Positions 48,579 to 58,448 of a DNA stretch of 64,000 nt are shown in pieces. The position numbers were made by a program, and so were the translations under genes. The stretch comes from an uncultured Spirochaetota bacterium (GTDB taxonomy: Bacteria; Spirochaetota; Brevinematia; Brevinematales; JAOACQ01). Numbering within the stretch: the stretch's first letter is position 1; every line of letters begins with the position of its first letter. The notes beneath the pieces were generated by a model, which was given only the letters and a program-made list of their open reading frames with translations, was not told the DNA's origin and made no database searches. The DNA lies in assembly GCA_963768055.1 (NCBI GenBank), contig CAVYGN010000002.1, positions 1,440,001-1,504,000 on the forward strand, read 5' to 3'.

Positions 48579-49808
48579 ATGAAGTATTTATTTTCGTTCG
48601 CGCTGAAGAACATTCTGCGTTACAAAAGAAGAACAATACTTACTTTTATCGTACTTTCCGTGGGAATAGCTTTTTATCTTATGATGGTGGGAATTGTGCA
48701 GGGTTATAAAAAACAGTCAATCGATAATTTTATTCAGTTTGATACCGGGCATTTAAAGGTTAGAAGCGCGATTTACGATAAAGACGACCCTTATTCAATT
48801 TCAAATTATATAGAAAACGCGGAAACGGTGAAAGATGTCGTGAAGAAGAAAAATTATGTCAAGTCCTTTACTGAAAGGATAGAATTTATGGCGGAAGCGG
48901 ACAACGGCAGGGATTCGTCTCCATGCGTGGCTGTGGGAATCGATCCGGAAAGAGATCCGGAGGTCTTTTCTCTTTCCAATTATATCGTAAAGGGCAGGCT
49001 TGAAAAAAACGGGGTTTTATTGGGCAAATCTCTGGCTAAAGACCTCGGGCTTTCTATCGGAGATTCCTTTTTTATCACATTCCGGAACAGGGGAGGAATG
49101 TTCGACTCGATCGAACTTGCCGTTTCGGGGCTGGTCGAATCGGGTGATCCGGTGGTCAATGGTTCCATGCTTTTTATCAGGCTTGACGAGGCAAAGCAGT
49201 ATCTTGCCACTTCGAATGTGACGGAAATAACCCTGATTACAGATAATCCGGATAAAGATGATATCTATCGGAACGACCTGAAAAAACAGCTTCCGGAAAA
49301 TCAGATCGCAACATGGAGGGAGCTGGCCCAGGGAATTGAAGGGGCGGCTAAACAGGATGAAATTTCGACATATATATTCGTGATTTTTATCTCTATCATC
49401 GCAATTGTCGGAATAGTCAATACCATGATGATGTCGGTATTTGAAAAAGTCAGGGAAATAGGAACTCTGAAGGCTATGGGCATGACAGACAGCGATGTCC
49501 GGGGCATATTTGTAATAGAAGGATTTATTATAGGGACGGCTGGAGGGATTATCGGGATGATATTAGGCGGCCTCCTTGTATGGTACTTTGTGGCCGTAGG
49601 TTACGATATTACGGCTATGATGGGGAAAAACAATGAAAATATGATGGCTTCTTTAAGGCTTGCGGGAACGATCCGCGCGATCTGGGATATACCATCCTTT
49701 TTCTATGCTTTTTTCAGTTCGATCATAGCCAGTATGCTTGCCAGTTACTACCCTGCGAAAAAAACCACAGGGATGCAGGCAGCCGAATGCCTTAGGACTA
49801 TACAATAG
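48579..49808 (+). CDS. FtsX/LolE-type ABC permease, type A paralogue
   Basis: RYKRRT, VFEKVREIGTLKAMG; ends AECLRTIQ like 46079-47302. Confidence 0.9.
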   Translation: MKYLFSFALKNILRYKRRTILTFIVLSVGIAFYLMMVGIVQGYKKQSIDNFIQFDTGHLKVRSAIYDKDDPYSISNYIENAETVKDVVKKKNYVKSFTERIEFMAEADNGRDSSPCVAVGIDPERDPEVFSLSNYIVKGRLEKNGVLLGKSLAKDLGLSIGDSFFITFRNRGGMFDSIELAVSGLVESGDPVVNGSMLFIRLDEAKQYLATSNVTEITLITDNPDKDDIYRNDLKKQLPENQIATWRELAQGIEGAAKQDEISTYIFVIFISIIAIVGIVNTMMMSVFEKVREIGTLKAMGMTDSDVRGIFVIEGFIIGTAGGIIGMILGGLLVWYFVAVGYDITAMMGKNNENMMASLRLAGTIRAIWDIPSFFYAFFSSIIASMLASYYPAKKTTGMQAAECLRTIQ

Positions 49809-49818
49809 GGGGGCTTAC

Positions 49819-51033
49819 ATGCAAATGCTTTTAAAATTTGCTTTTAGAAATGTTTTTAAAAACAAGAAAAGAACTGTCCTAACGGCAAGCGCTGTCTTTT
49901 TTGCCGCTCTTATTGTATCGATAGCGATGGGGTGGATAAACGGGATGATCGATATGATGATGGCAAATTATGAGAAGTATCAAACCGGTGATTTCCGGAT
50001 CGCAACGGAAAATTTTTTAAAAAGGGAAAAATTTGTTCCGGTTGATGAAATCATTGCAGATTCCCGAGAGCTGATGTCAAAGATCCGTCTGATTCCGGAT
50101 GTTTCATCGGCGGAAGAGCGGATCAAATTCGGGATTATGCTAGCCAATGGCGATAATACTGTCTTTGCCTTTGGAATGGGGATCGATCTTAAAGATAGCA
50201 ATTTAAAGCTTCAAGAAAAAATAATTGAAGGAACGATAGAAGAAAGCGGTATTTACATAGGAAAAAATCTTGCCAAAAAACTCGGCGTCAAACTAGGCGA
50301 TAATCTTCTCCTCGCCACTAAAACCTCGGAAGGAGGGCTTAATGGAATAAAGCTTCCTGTTAAAGGTATTTTTAAATACAATGTAATTACCTTCGACGAC
50401 CAGTTCTTCTTTATAAGCCTTTTAGACGCCAGAAGACTTCTGAAAATCCCCGCGGGTACGACAGAATTACTAATATATACGAAAAACAGGGTTTCGGCGG
50501 ATAGAATCGGGAAAGAAATAAACGGGCTTCTTTACCAGGGCCTTTCTGCGAAAAATATGCGCGAACAACTCGGTAATCTTTACGATACTTTCGAAGTTAT
50601 GCGCTGGATTTACTATTTCATCTATGCGATCATTGTATTTCTCGCTTCTTTCGTGGTTGTGAATACTATGATGATGGCTGTTTTCGAACGGAACAGGGAA
50701 ATCGGGACTCTCAAAGCGATGGGCATGACCGAAGGAGATATTTTTATGAATTTCCTGCTTGAAGGCGGTATAATCGGTGGGTTGGGAAGCATAACCGGTG
50801 GGGCCCTGGGGTATATTTTTAACTTTGTATTCAACAAAACCGGATTTAATTTTGATTTCGCCATGCAGGGGCTCGCCGTACCGATGGAATATATTATCCG
50901 TCCCCTAATAGGCCCTGATGTGCTGATAGCGACAATCCTTTTCGGTGTCCTGATACCGGCGGCCGCGACGATTTATCCCGCAAACCGCGCGAAAAAATTA
51001 CAGCCCGCTGAGGCATTGAGATCAATTCACTGA
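49819..51033 (+). CDS. FtsX/LolE-type ABC permease, type B paralogue
   Basis: ATG 49819; LLATKT--GGLNGIK shared with 47349-48560; PAEALR. Confidence 0.9.
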   Translation: MQMLLKFAFRNVFKNKKRTVLTASAVFFAALIVSIAMGWINGMIDMMMANYEKYQTGDFRIATENFLKREKFVPVDEIIADSRELMSKIRLIPDVSSAEERIKFGIMLANGDNTVFAFGMGIDLKDSNLKLQEKIIEGTIEESGIYIGKNLAKKLGVKLGDNLLLATKTSEGGLNGIKLPVKGIFKYNVITFDDQFFFISLLDARRLLKIPAGTTELLIYTKNRVSADRIGKEINGLLYQGLSAKNMREQLGNLYDTFEVMRWIYYFIYAIIVFLASFVVVNTMMMAVFERNREIGTLKAMGMTEGDIFMNFLLEGGIIGGLGSITGGALGYIFNFVFNKTGFNFDFAMQGLAVPMEYIIRPLIGPDVLIATILFGVLIPAAATIYPANRAKKLQPAEALRSIH

Positions 51034-51108
51034 GGACGCTCTCTACGGGCGCCTTCGGCACCCTAACGGGCACCTTCGGCCCTTCGGATAATGTTATTAG
51101 AACTGCCC
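51034..51108. mobile_element. MITE-like element, copy 3 (short, degenerate left end)
   Basis: Right end GTTATTAGAACTGCCC-TTA; left end GGACGCTCTCTA directly after a TGA stop; CTTCGG hairpins inside. Confidence 0.55.
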
Positions 51109-51194
51109 TTACCCCCTTGAATAAAATCTATTCCGGCATTATATTATAATAAAAGCAGTAATATGTTCAATTGGCGAAACCAGCCGGAGGTAAT

Positions 51195-51692
51195 ATGGAA
51201 TGCGTTAAAAATATCGCCCTTGTAGCTCATGATAACGAAAAAAGAGACCTTGTAGAGTGGGTTAACTGGAACTCATACCAGCTTCTTGATCATAAGTTGA
51301 TTTGTACGGGCACAACGGGAAAACTTGTAGAAGAAGCGCTGGCCAAGAAAACAGACAGCGAACATCCCCTGAAAAATAAAATAATCAAGCTTAAATCGGG
51401 GCCGTTCGGCGGCGATCAGCAGCTTGGCGCTATGATTGCAGACGGTAAAATCGATATCCTGATATTTTTCTGGGATCCTATGCAGCCTCATCCCCATGAT
51501 GTAGATGTAAAAGCGCTGCTGCGGATATCCGTCCTTTACAATATTCCTACAGCATGCAACAGATCGACTGCCGATTTTTTAATTTCTTCCCCGCTTATGA
51601 ATGAGGAATACATGCCTGCTGTAAGGGACTATTCGGGTTATATAAATAGGAGTGTCAATATCAGTCCGGATGATATTAATAATGAAAAATGA
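51195..51692 (+). CDS. mgsA: Methylglyoxal synthase
   Basis: IALVAHD, TGTTG, SGPFGGDQQLG, FFWDP, PHDVDVKALLR; ATG 51195 after GGAGG. Confidence 0.96.
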   Translation: MECVKNIALVAHDNEKRDLVEWVNWNSYQLLDHKLICTGTTGKLVEEALAKKTDSEHPLKNKIIKLKSGPFGGDQQLGAMIADGKIDILIFFWDPMQPHPHDVDVKALLRISVLYNIPTACNRSTADFLISSPLMNEEYMPAVRDYSGYINRSVNISPDDINNEK

Positions 51693-51801
51693 GTTGATTA
51701 TTTTTATTTTTATTTTATTATAATAATTGTCATTGTTCAAACCGGTATTTTTTTTTCAAATTAACATTTTAAAAATGAGTATTTTTTCTGAGGATGTCAG
51801 C

Positions 51802-53838
51802 ATGAAGTCTTTTATCGGCAGAAGAATATATCTCACATATTTTGTAATAGTACTGGCAATGACGGTTATTATTAGTTCATTTTATTATTTCATATCGTAT
51901 TATTTTATACAGAAAGGGATAGAAGACAGGCTTTCAGGCGCGCTTTATGCTGTGGCATCTATGGCCGAGATACCGACTGCGGAAGACCTTCAAGGGAATA
52001 ATAAGCAGAAGGAACTTGAGCTGCAGAATAAGATCGCACTTTATCAGAAACGTATAAAATTAGATAGTCTGAGTATAATTCTGCCTGCCGGGTCTGAATT
52101 TATCGAAGTAAAATCCAACAGCATCAGCATAGTCACGAACTTGAATGAAATATTCCGGAAGGCGCTGGAAACAAAAGGCATTATCGCCGAAAAGGACTAT
52201 CACCTTGAAAATAAAGTACTCATAAGAAATGCCTATCTTTCAATTCAAAACCCGGAGGGGAAAACCGGGGCTGTTATTGAAGCCGGCTACGACCTGAGCC
52301 ATTTCAGGCTTCAACAGGCCATTTTCCTGATAGCTGTGGTATTTTTCATCGGGATGGCCGGCTCGTTCGGCCTTATACTCAGACAACTCCTCGAAAGGAC
52401 GGTTATCAAACCTGTAATGGAACTAAGCAGGAGCACAACGCTTGTCGCAGATGGTGCGCTGGAGCATATCATCAAGATCAAGGCTAACAACGAAATCGGT
52501 GAATTGGCACTTAATTTCAACAGGATGACGCAGAATTTGAGGGACAGCATTGAAAAAATCGAGAGTTCGAATAAAAACCTTCTTACCCAGCTTCTGACCG
52601 ATCCGCTGACCAATATGCCAAACAGGAAGAAATTTATGGAAGACCTGGTGTTGTGTTCGAACCCGGTTGTTATTATATTTAACGTCGACTGTTTTCAGGA
52701 AATAAATGATTTTTACGGCACAGAAGTTGGGGACATGATCCTGAGAGAACTGGCGAAACGGCTTAAATTTATTAACCTGGGCATATCTTACAGACTATAC
52801 AAGATGCATGCAGACGAGTATACAATATTAATTGAAAGCGCAGCGAACTTAAAGGACCTTGATCATTGGGGTATCTACCTTTCGGAAGAGGTTATGGAAA
52901 GGCCGTTCATATATAAAGACACTGAAATTTATATAACAGTAAGCCTGGGTATAGGGACTGCCCAGAACGTACCGGCCGGTGAAAGCGGCCTTGAGATAGG
53001 CAGGAATGCTCTCAGGAATGCGGATATGGCCCTGAAAAGGGCCAAGGTTTCCAGAAAAAAATATGTTGTTTATCAGGAATTCATGGAAATAGTAAAAGAA
53101 TATGAAAACAACATTCAATGGACTAAGAAGCTTAAAAGCGCTATAAAAGATGACCGTATTGTCCCGTATTTTCAGCCGATCCTCAACAATCATACCGGCA
53201 AAATTGAAAAATATGAGTGTTTAATGAGGATGATTGACGATAACGGGAGCATAATAGCACCTCTTAATTTCCTTAATACTGCTAAAAAGGCAAGATTATA
53301 CAGATACCTTACTAAAATGATGCTTGAGAAATCATTTGATTTTTTCAAGAACAACGAATATGAATTTTCGCTTAATATATCGCTAGACGATATTATGGAT
53401 GAAAAAACTATAGGGTATCTATATGATCTGATCAAGACAAGCAAGGAATCATCCTGCCGGGCCGTATTCGAACTTCTTGAAACTGAAAACATTGAAAATT
53501 ACAAGGAAGTGATTGAATTCATTAATTATGTAAAACAATGCGGATGTAAAATAGCAATTGACGATTTCGGTACAGGCTATTCGAATTTCTCGCATCTGAT
53601 CCATATGCAGATAGATTATATAAAAATAGATTCTTCCCTTATTAAGAACATTAACAGGGATAAAAACTCACAGATAATAACCCGTACTATTGCGAGTTTT
53701 GCTAAGGACCTCGGCTTGAAGACAATTTCTGAATACGTTCATTCCAAAGAAGTCTATGAAAAATGCCTGGAAATCGGGATCGATTACTCACAGGGGTATT
53801 ATCTTGGAGAACCTAAAAAGGGATTAATAGAGACTTAA
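51802..53838 (+). CDS. Membrane HAMP-GGDEF-EAL protein (degenerate GGDEF, probable c-di-GMP phosphodiesterase)
   Basis: Two TMs, HAMP NEIGELA, TDPLTNMPNR, HADEY in place of GGDEF, ECLMR, DDFGTGYS, QGYY. Confidence 0.88.
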   Translation: MKSFIGRRIYLTYFVIVLAMTVIISSFYYFISYYFIQKGIEDRLSGALYAVASMAEIPTAEDLQGNNKQKELELQNKIALYQKRIKLDSLSIILPAGSEFIEVKSNSISIVTNLNEIFRKALETKGIIAEKDYHLENKVLIRNAYLSIQNPEGKTGAVIEAGYDLSHFRLQQAIFLIAVVFFIGMAGSFGLILRQLLERTVIKPVMELSRSTTLVADGALEHIIKIKANNEIGELALNFNRMTQNLRDSIEKIESSNKNLLTQLLTDPLTNMPNRKKFMEDLVLCSNPVVIIFNVDCFQEINDFYGTEVGDMILRELAKRLKFINLGISYRLYKMHADEYTILIESAANLKDLDHWGIYLSEEVMERPFIYKDTEIYITVSLGIGTAQNVPAGESGLEIGRNALRNADMALKRAKVSRKKYVVYQEFMEIVKEYENNIQWTKKLKSAIKDDRIVPYFQPILNNHTGKIEKYECLMRMIDDNGSIIAPLNFLNTAKKARLYRYLTKMMLEKSFDFFKNNEYEFSLNISLDDIMDEKTIGYLYDLIKTSKESSCRAVFELLETENIENYKEVIEFINYVKQCGCKIAIDDFGTGYSNFSHLIHMQIDYIKIDSSLIKNINRDKNSQIITRTIASFAKDLGLKTISEYVHSKEVYEKCLEIGIDYSQGYYLGEPKKGLIET

Positions 53839-54035
53839 GGGCACTTCTAATAGCCGCCTTTTCGCCGGACAAGCCGGTACAAGCAAGGCGGATAGGTAGT
53901 GCTTGCGTTTATACGCAAGTATAAATGCACCTGTCCTGGGGACTGGCACCAGTCCAGGCACCAGGGCCCATTGGGCGATTTAATTATATTTAGAAAGCAA
54001 ATTGTTAGTAAACTCGCTTGTTATTGGAACCTCCC
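53839..54035. mobile_element. MITE-like element, copy 4
   Basis: TTAA-GGGCACTTCTAATAGC to GTTATTGGAACCTCCC-TAA; several internal hairpins. Confidence 0.75.
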
Positions 54036-54620
54036 TAAGAACTTTTTTGCGTATTTTGCGAAAATGTTTACCTCTATATTAATTTTATCTCCCTGCGTTT
54101 TATTTAAGAGTGACGTCTTATTCAATGTTTCCGGTATGGCGGAAACCTGGAAGCTGGATCCGTTTACATTAAAAATTGTCAGGCTTATTCCGTCGATCGC
54201 AGCCGAATCTTTTTCCACCATCCACTTTGTTAAAGAACTTTCAGCAGAAAATGTAAAACGGTAAGCTTCTCCTATTTTTTCCCGGGATAAAATCCTGCCT
54301 ACACCGTCGACATGTCCCTGAACCAGGTGACCGTCCATGAGACCCTGAAGCGATAGGGAACATTCCAGATTGACCCTGCCCCCCCGGCGTGCCGTACCCA
54401 TTGTAGTTCTTTCCAGCGTTTCAAAGCTGGAAAATACTGTAAAAGAATTCGATCCTGCTTCTTCGATAGTGTGGCATGCCCCGTCTATAGAAACGCTGGA
54501 GATTCCTTTGACCAGCCCGGCCAGGAATTCATGATCGGTTATAATTTTAAACCTTTTACCGTTGGAAAAGCTTTTAACCAGGGCTATTTCACCCGTGTAT
54601 TTAATAATACCGGTAAACAT
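54021..54620 (-). CDS. ribE: Riboflavin synthase alpha chain
   Basis: MFTGII, SIDGACHT, VNLE, GHLVQGHVDG, IDGISLT. Confidence 0.95.
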   Translation of the reverse strand: MFTGIIKYTGEIALVKSFSNGKRFKIITDHEFLAGLVKGISSVSIDGACHTIEEAGSNSFTVFSSFETLERTTMGTARRGGRVNLECSLSLQGLMDGHLVQGHVDGVGRILSREKIGEAYRFTFSAESSLTKWMVEKDSAAIDGISLTIFNVNGSSFQVSAIPETLNKTSLLNKTQGDKINIEVNIFAKYAKKFLGRFQ

Positions 54621-54635
54621 AATTTACTCCGCTCA

Positions 54636-55193
54636 TTATCTAACCCAATTTACTTTTACACTGGCGAATTCAATACTTTCAAATTCTTTACAGAACCTGG
54701 CCAGAATTGTCCTGGCGAAACCTTCCGTTTCCACCCCGAGTTCCTCAAGGCATGAGACTTCTACAGGCGCCCCTGTAGATTTAATATTTAAAGCGCTATG
54801 AATTAAAGTCGATATCGGGCTTGCAGTAGCGATTGAAACCGAAAGTTTTCTTTTATTGAAATAAAGATCATCCCCATTCCTTTCCACAAAAAGACCTTTC
54901 AGGTGCCCGTTCAATTCATCGCAAAGAATCGACATGAAGAGTCTTTGGAGGCAGATTGTCCCCGGAAGGTCCATATTGAAAATCTCAATTATGAAACTGA
55001 GCATTTTATCGGAGGAGATTCCGTCTTTTAATAAAATGTCTTCAATATCGACCATTTCCAAAAGATCGACATTAACAGGTCCTGAGAAAGATATAATGCT
55101 GTTTCCGGACAATCCGAAATTTTTATAAGCGAAATGAGATGTTAATTGAGTCCCATCGTATCTAATCTGTTTTTTGATTAATTTTGCCTTCAT
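54636..55193 (-). CDS. DUF366-family protein
   Basis: YDGTQL--HFAY, MVDIED, LQRL, R-GDDLY, KLSVSIAT recognised family pattern. Confidence 0.75.
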   Translation of the reverse strand: MKAKLIKKQIRYDGTQLTSHFAYKNFGLSGNSIISFSGPVNVDLLEMVDIEDILLKDGISSDKMLSFIIEIFNMDLPGTICLQRLFMSILCDELNGHLKGLFVERNGDDLYFNKRKLSVSIATASPISTLIHSALNIKSTGAPVEVSCLEELGVETEGFARTILARFCKEFESIEFASVKVNWVR

Positions 55194-55881
55194 TAAAACC
55201 CCAATGGTTTATACTTATGAATTTAGGCATAAAGTTGTTTTTATCAAGAGCCCTTTTTAACCTCTGACAGGATTCGCATAAGCCGCACATTTTGCTGCCG
55301 CCGCGGTAGCAGCTCCAGACAAATTCGAATGGGGCGTCAATGTCTATGCCCATTTTAACGATTTCTCTCTTTTTCATGTCGATCGTATAGCTTTTAACCT
55401 TCGGATGGTTCATCGTGGAATACCCGAAAGATTTATTGGTAATATCGATGAATTCACCGCTGTTATCCGGGAAGGTATGCCCCTCTTCCTCGTTAAATCC
55501 GGTAATGATAAGGTCTATATCGTATCTATCCGCATATGCCCCGGCAACGCTTAAAAACACCCCGTTTCTATTGGGGACCCAGACTGCTCGCGCGCTTTTA
55601 ATGGAATAGCCGGTATCATCAAGCCTCTTTTCGTTAAAATCAGGGATATTTCCCTTCGACAGGTTCGTTTCCATATCCGAGAGAAAAGGCAGAGGTATTA
55701 TATGGTGCAGAATTTTATATTTATCCGAGATTAATCGTGTCGCCTTTATCTCTTTAGACCTGCAGGCCTGGTTATAATCGAAGGTAAGTATCAATTCAAC
55801 TTCGGTATTCAGGTAAGCCTGTTTGAAGTTAACGACGGAGTCAAGCCCCCCGGATAAAAGCACAATGGATTTTTTCTTCAT
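55162..55881 (-). CDS. queC: 7-cyano-7-deazaguanine synthase
   Basis: LLSGGLDS PP-loop, WVPNRN, FPDN, WSCY-(x)-CGLCESC zinc site. Confidence 0.9.
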   Translation of the reverse strand: MKKKSIVLLSGGLDSVVNFKQAYLNTEVELILTFDYNQACRSKEIKATRLISDKYKILHHIIPLPFLSDMETNLSKGNIPDFNEKRLDDTGYSIKSARAVWVPNRNGVFLSVAGAYADRYDIDLIITGFNEEEGHTFPDNSGEFIDITNKSFGYSTMNHPKVKSYTIDMKKREIVKMGIDIDAPFEFVWSCYRGGSKMCGLCESCQRLKRALDKNNFMPKFISINHWGFNEGKINQKTD

Positions 55882-55943
55882 ACTGCCGCCTCTTGATTTA
55901 TTATACTATAAATCCGGAAAAATATCGAAAACTATCCATTACT

Positions 55944-56984
55944 TTATTGTGTTTTGATCGCCCCCTTTTCGACAAAAAAAACTTTATCTGTGTTTTTGAA
56001 TAAATCAAGGGAAGTGGTCGTAAAGAAAGTTTGAAAATTGACTGTTTTGTCAAGGAATTTAATTCTCGATCTTTCGTCGAGTTCTAGAAGCACATCGTCA
56101 AGAAGCAATATGGGGGCGGGTGTTTTTCCTGAAAAATAACCAAGAAGGGAAAGCTTTAACGCAAGGGCCAGAAGCCTGGTTTGCCCCTGAGAAGCGAAAG
56201 ATCTGGACTTTTTATCGAGTTTTCTGATCTCGAAATTGTCCCTGTGCGGACCGGCTACGGAACTTTTTTTATTATTTTCAAGTGTTTTATTTTCTTCCAG
56301 CGCCTTTATAAAAGACTGCCTGATGCCGCCTTCAATTTTAAAAGTATTGTAGTATTTTAATTCGACTTCATCCCCGTAAAATTCCGAATATATGGCCTTG
56401 ATTTTTGATCCGATATTATGCATGAAAATCAGCCTCTTTTCTATCAGGAGGCTTCCGTAACGGACAAAATCATCATCCCATATATAGACGTCCCTGGGTG
56501 AAAGTTTAAGTTGGGCGTTTCTCTGTCGCAGAACCCTCTGGAAAAGAAGCAGGGACTCTGCATAATCCGGGTCAAGGAGGCTAAGGGTCCTGTCCATGAA
56601 ACTTCTGCGCTCTTCGGGAGACCCCGAAACTATAGCAATATCTTCGGGAAGAAAGACTACAACAGGGCTCAGACGGATGAATTCGCCGTCCTTGACCAGG
56701 GTGCTGTTCTCCCTCAGTACTTTTTTTTGAAGGCTGTACCCGATTTCTTTTTTCTTGTTATCGAAAGACCCGCCGATATAAAAAGATGTTTTACCCCACT
56801 CTATAAGGTCTTCCATAGGAACCCTCCGGAAGGGTTTTCCCTGTGAAAGCGTAAAAACAGCTTCGAGAAAGTTCGTTTTACCGCTGCCGTTGTTTCCAAT
56901 AAGAACATTAAACTTTCCGAACCCGCTTAATTCAATCCTTTCATAATTACGGAAGTTAAGTATTTTTATAGCATTCAAACTCAT
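55944..56984 (-). CDS. recF: DNA replication/repair protein RecF
   Basis: NFRNY, GNNGSGKTNFLEA, GSPEERRSFMD, GPHRD, ASQGQ, LLLDDVLLELD. Confidence 0.93.
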   Translation of the reverse strand: MSLNAIKILNFRNYERIELSGFGKFNVLIGNNGSGKTNFLEAVFTLSQGKPFRRVPMEDLIEWGKTSFYIGGSFDNKKKEIGYSLQKKVLRENSTLVKDGEFIRLSPVVVFLPEDIAIVSGSPEERRSFMDRTLSLLDPDYAESLLLFQRVLRQRNAQLKLSPRDVYIWDDDFVRYGSLLIEKRLIFMHNIGSKIKAIYSEFYGDEVELKYYNTFKIEGGIRQSFIKALEENKTLENNKKSSVAGPHRDNFEIRKLDKKSRSFASQGQTRLLALALKLSLLGYFSGKTPAPILLLDDVLLELDERSRIKFLDKTVNFQTFFTTTSLDLFKNTDKVFFVEKGAIKTQ

Positions 56985-57005
56985 CGATAATGGATATCCG
57001 GTCTC

Positions 57006-58412
57006 CTATTTTGCCGGCAGCGGAGGTATTTTCAATTCCTGTCCGGGGTAGATCAGGTCCGGATCCTGGATCTGGTACTTGTTCGCCCTCCAGATAATAG
57101 GCCACAACGAATACTGGTCGTTATACATGAAGCCCGATATCTTCCATAGACAATCGCGGTTTCCCGGCCTCAGTTTAACGGTGTAGATCTGGAATTGTTC
57201 CCTGGCAAGTAAAATATCCGACATTCTTGAAGCTTCATTTGCATAATCGATAGCATCCAGGTATTCTTCCTTATTATAGGAATCTTCCGCCAATTTTAAG
57301 TATTTTTCAACCATTTCCTGAGTAATATCTTCATCTTTCACCGGTGATATCAGATTTGTCTGATTTTGAGGAGAAGTAACACTCTGGCTTTCTGTATTAG
57401 TGGAAATTGAATTGGAATTTGAATCGGATGAAATATTCGAATTCGATATGTTATCAGGGCTCAAAACATCGTCGCCGATATAGATATAGGGTAATTCGAT
57501 ATAAGCGAATAAACTCAGGGAACTCCTGAGAAAACTGCCTTTCATCCTTGTTTTTAATTGGTCTAATTTTTTCTTGGCTGAATTTATTGCGTCGGATGCC
57601 TGCTTCTTCTCCTTTTCTATTTCCTTTTGTTTATCTATATCGACTGTTTGCATCATGTTTGTACTGCCTTTCACCGAACTTTGATATGCGCTTTCAGCCT
57701 TTTTTTCGGCGGCATCGATCAGAGACTCAGCCTCTTTGGCCTTCGATATAGTGTTATCGAGTTCGCCATTCGTAAGCGAAGTCCTCGCATCATCAATAAG
57801 CGGTTCTGCCGCTTTAAGATCGTCCATAGCGAATTGTTTGACTATTTCCTTGTCGGCCGCTTCATCGTACTGGTTCTGAGCCGTCGCCACCTCGTCTTTG
57901 GCCTTGTTTACCATACCGGAACTGTAGTCTGCAAGGTCCTTGACTTTAGGATACAGCAAACTCCCGTTAGAATATATTGAGTCGTAATCATGTTTATTAT
58001 AAATTTCCTTGAGATTAGCATAATCATTGGTAACTCCGCCATATTTATCAGGCTCAAGTTTGCCTGCGAAATTCTGGTCGGCCGTAGTCAGCATAGCGCC
58101 GCATTTCTGGAAAATGTCCTCCGCCCTCGCAGTCCTTGCACTTTCGTAAGACTTGTCGGCGGCATTTTTGGACATTACAGCCTTGTCATGCGCTTCCTGA
58201 TTTTTCTTCGCATCAAGGAGATTATTGGCCTGATTCAAATCTTCCTGGGCTTCCATGTAATCCTGCGCAGCGTAAACAGGTGCGTCAACTGTTTTGGCTC
58301 TTTCCAGGGCGGTTTTTGCGTCCTCTATCTCTTTTGTCGGGACAGCAGGCCCGCAGGAGTAAAGGATAAAAATAAGAAAACTCGCTCCGATAATTAAACT
58401 GATATTTTTCAT
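57006..58412 (-). CDS. LysM-domain lipoprotein, LipL71/LruA-like
   Basis: Lipobox ILYSC after ATG 58412 (GGAGG RBS); helical repeats; C-terminal DCLWKIS, LWPIIWRAN, DPDLIYPGQELKIP. Confidence 0.75.
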   Translation of the reverse strand: MKNISLIIGASFLIFILYSCGPAVPTKEIEDAKTALERAKTVDAPVYAAQDYMEAQEDLNQANNLLDAKKNQEAHDKAVMSKNAADKSYESARTARAEDIFQKCGAMLTTADQNFAGKLEPDKYGGVTNDYANLKEIYNKHDYDSIYSNGSLLYPKVKDLADYSSGMVNKAKDEVATAQNQYDEAADKEIVKQFAMDDLKAAEPLIDDARTSLTNGELDNTISKAKEAESLIDAAEKKAESAYQSSVKGSTNMMQTVDIDKQKEIEKEKKQASDAINSAKKKLDQLKTRMKGSFLRSSLSLFAYIELPYIYIGDDVLSPDNISNSNISSDSNSNSISTNTESQSVTSPQNQTNLISPVKDEDITQEMVEKYLKLAEDSYNKEEYLDAIDYANEASRMSDILLAREQFQIYTVKLRPGNRDCLWKISGFMYNDQYSLWPIIWRANKYQIQDPDLIYPGQELKIPPLPAK

Positions 58413-58448
58413 ATTGACCTCCCTCAAGGGATAATTTTTAACCGATTA

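Noticed and set aside
53899..54264. 121-aa ORF starting in the intergenic region
   Set aside because: Made of MITE sequence plus ribE antisense. The same applies to 7859-8086 and 39847-40131, which overlie repeats or promoters.
54620..54640. FMN riboswitch before ribE or preQ1 riboswitch before queC
   Set aside because: Only 15 nt precede ribE, and the 62 nt before queC show no recognisable aptamer.
55162..55881. queC as part of a QatABCD or type IV CBASS defence system
   Set aside because: No TatD, KAP ATPase, cyclase or TGT neighbours; short canonical length in a housekeeping context.
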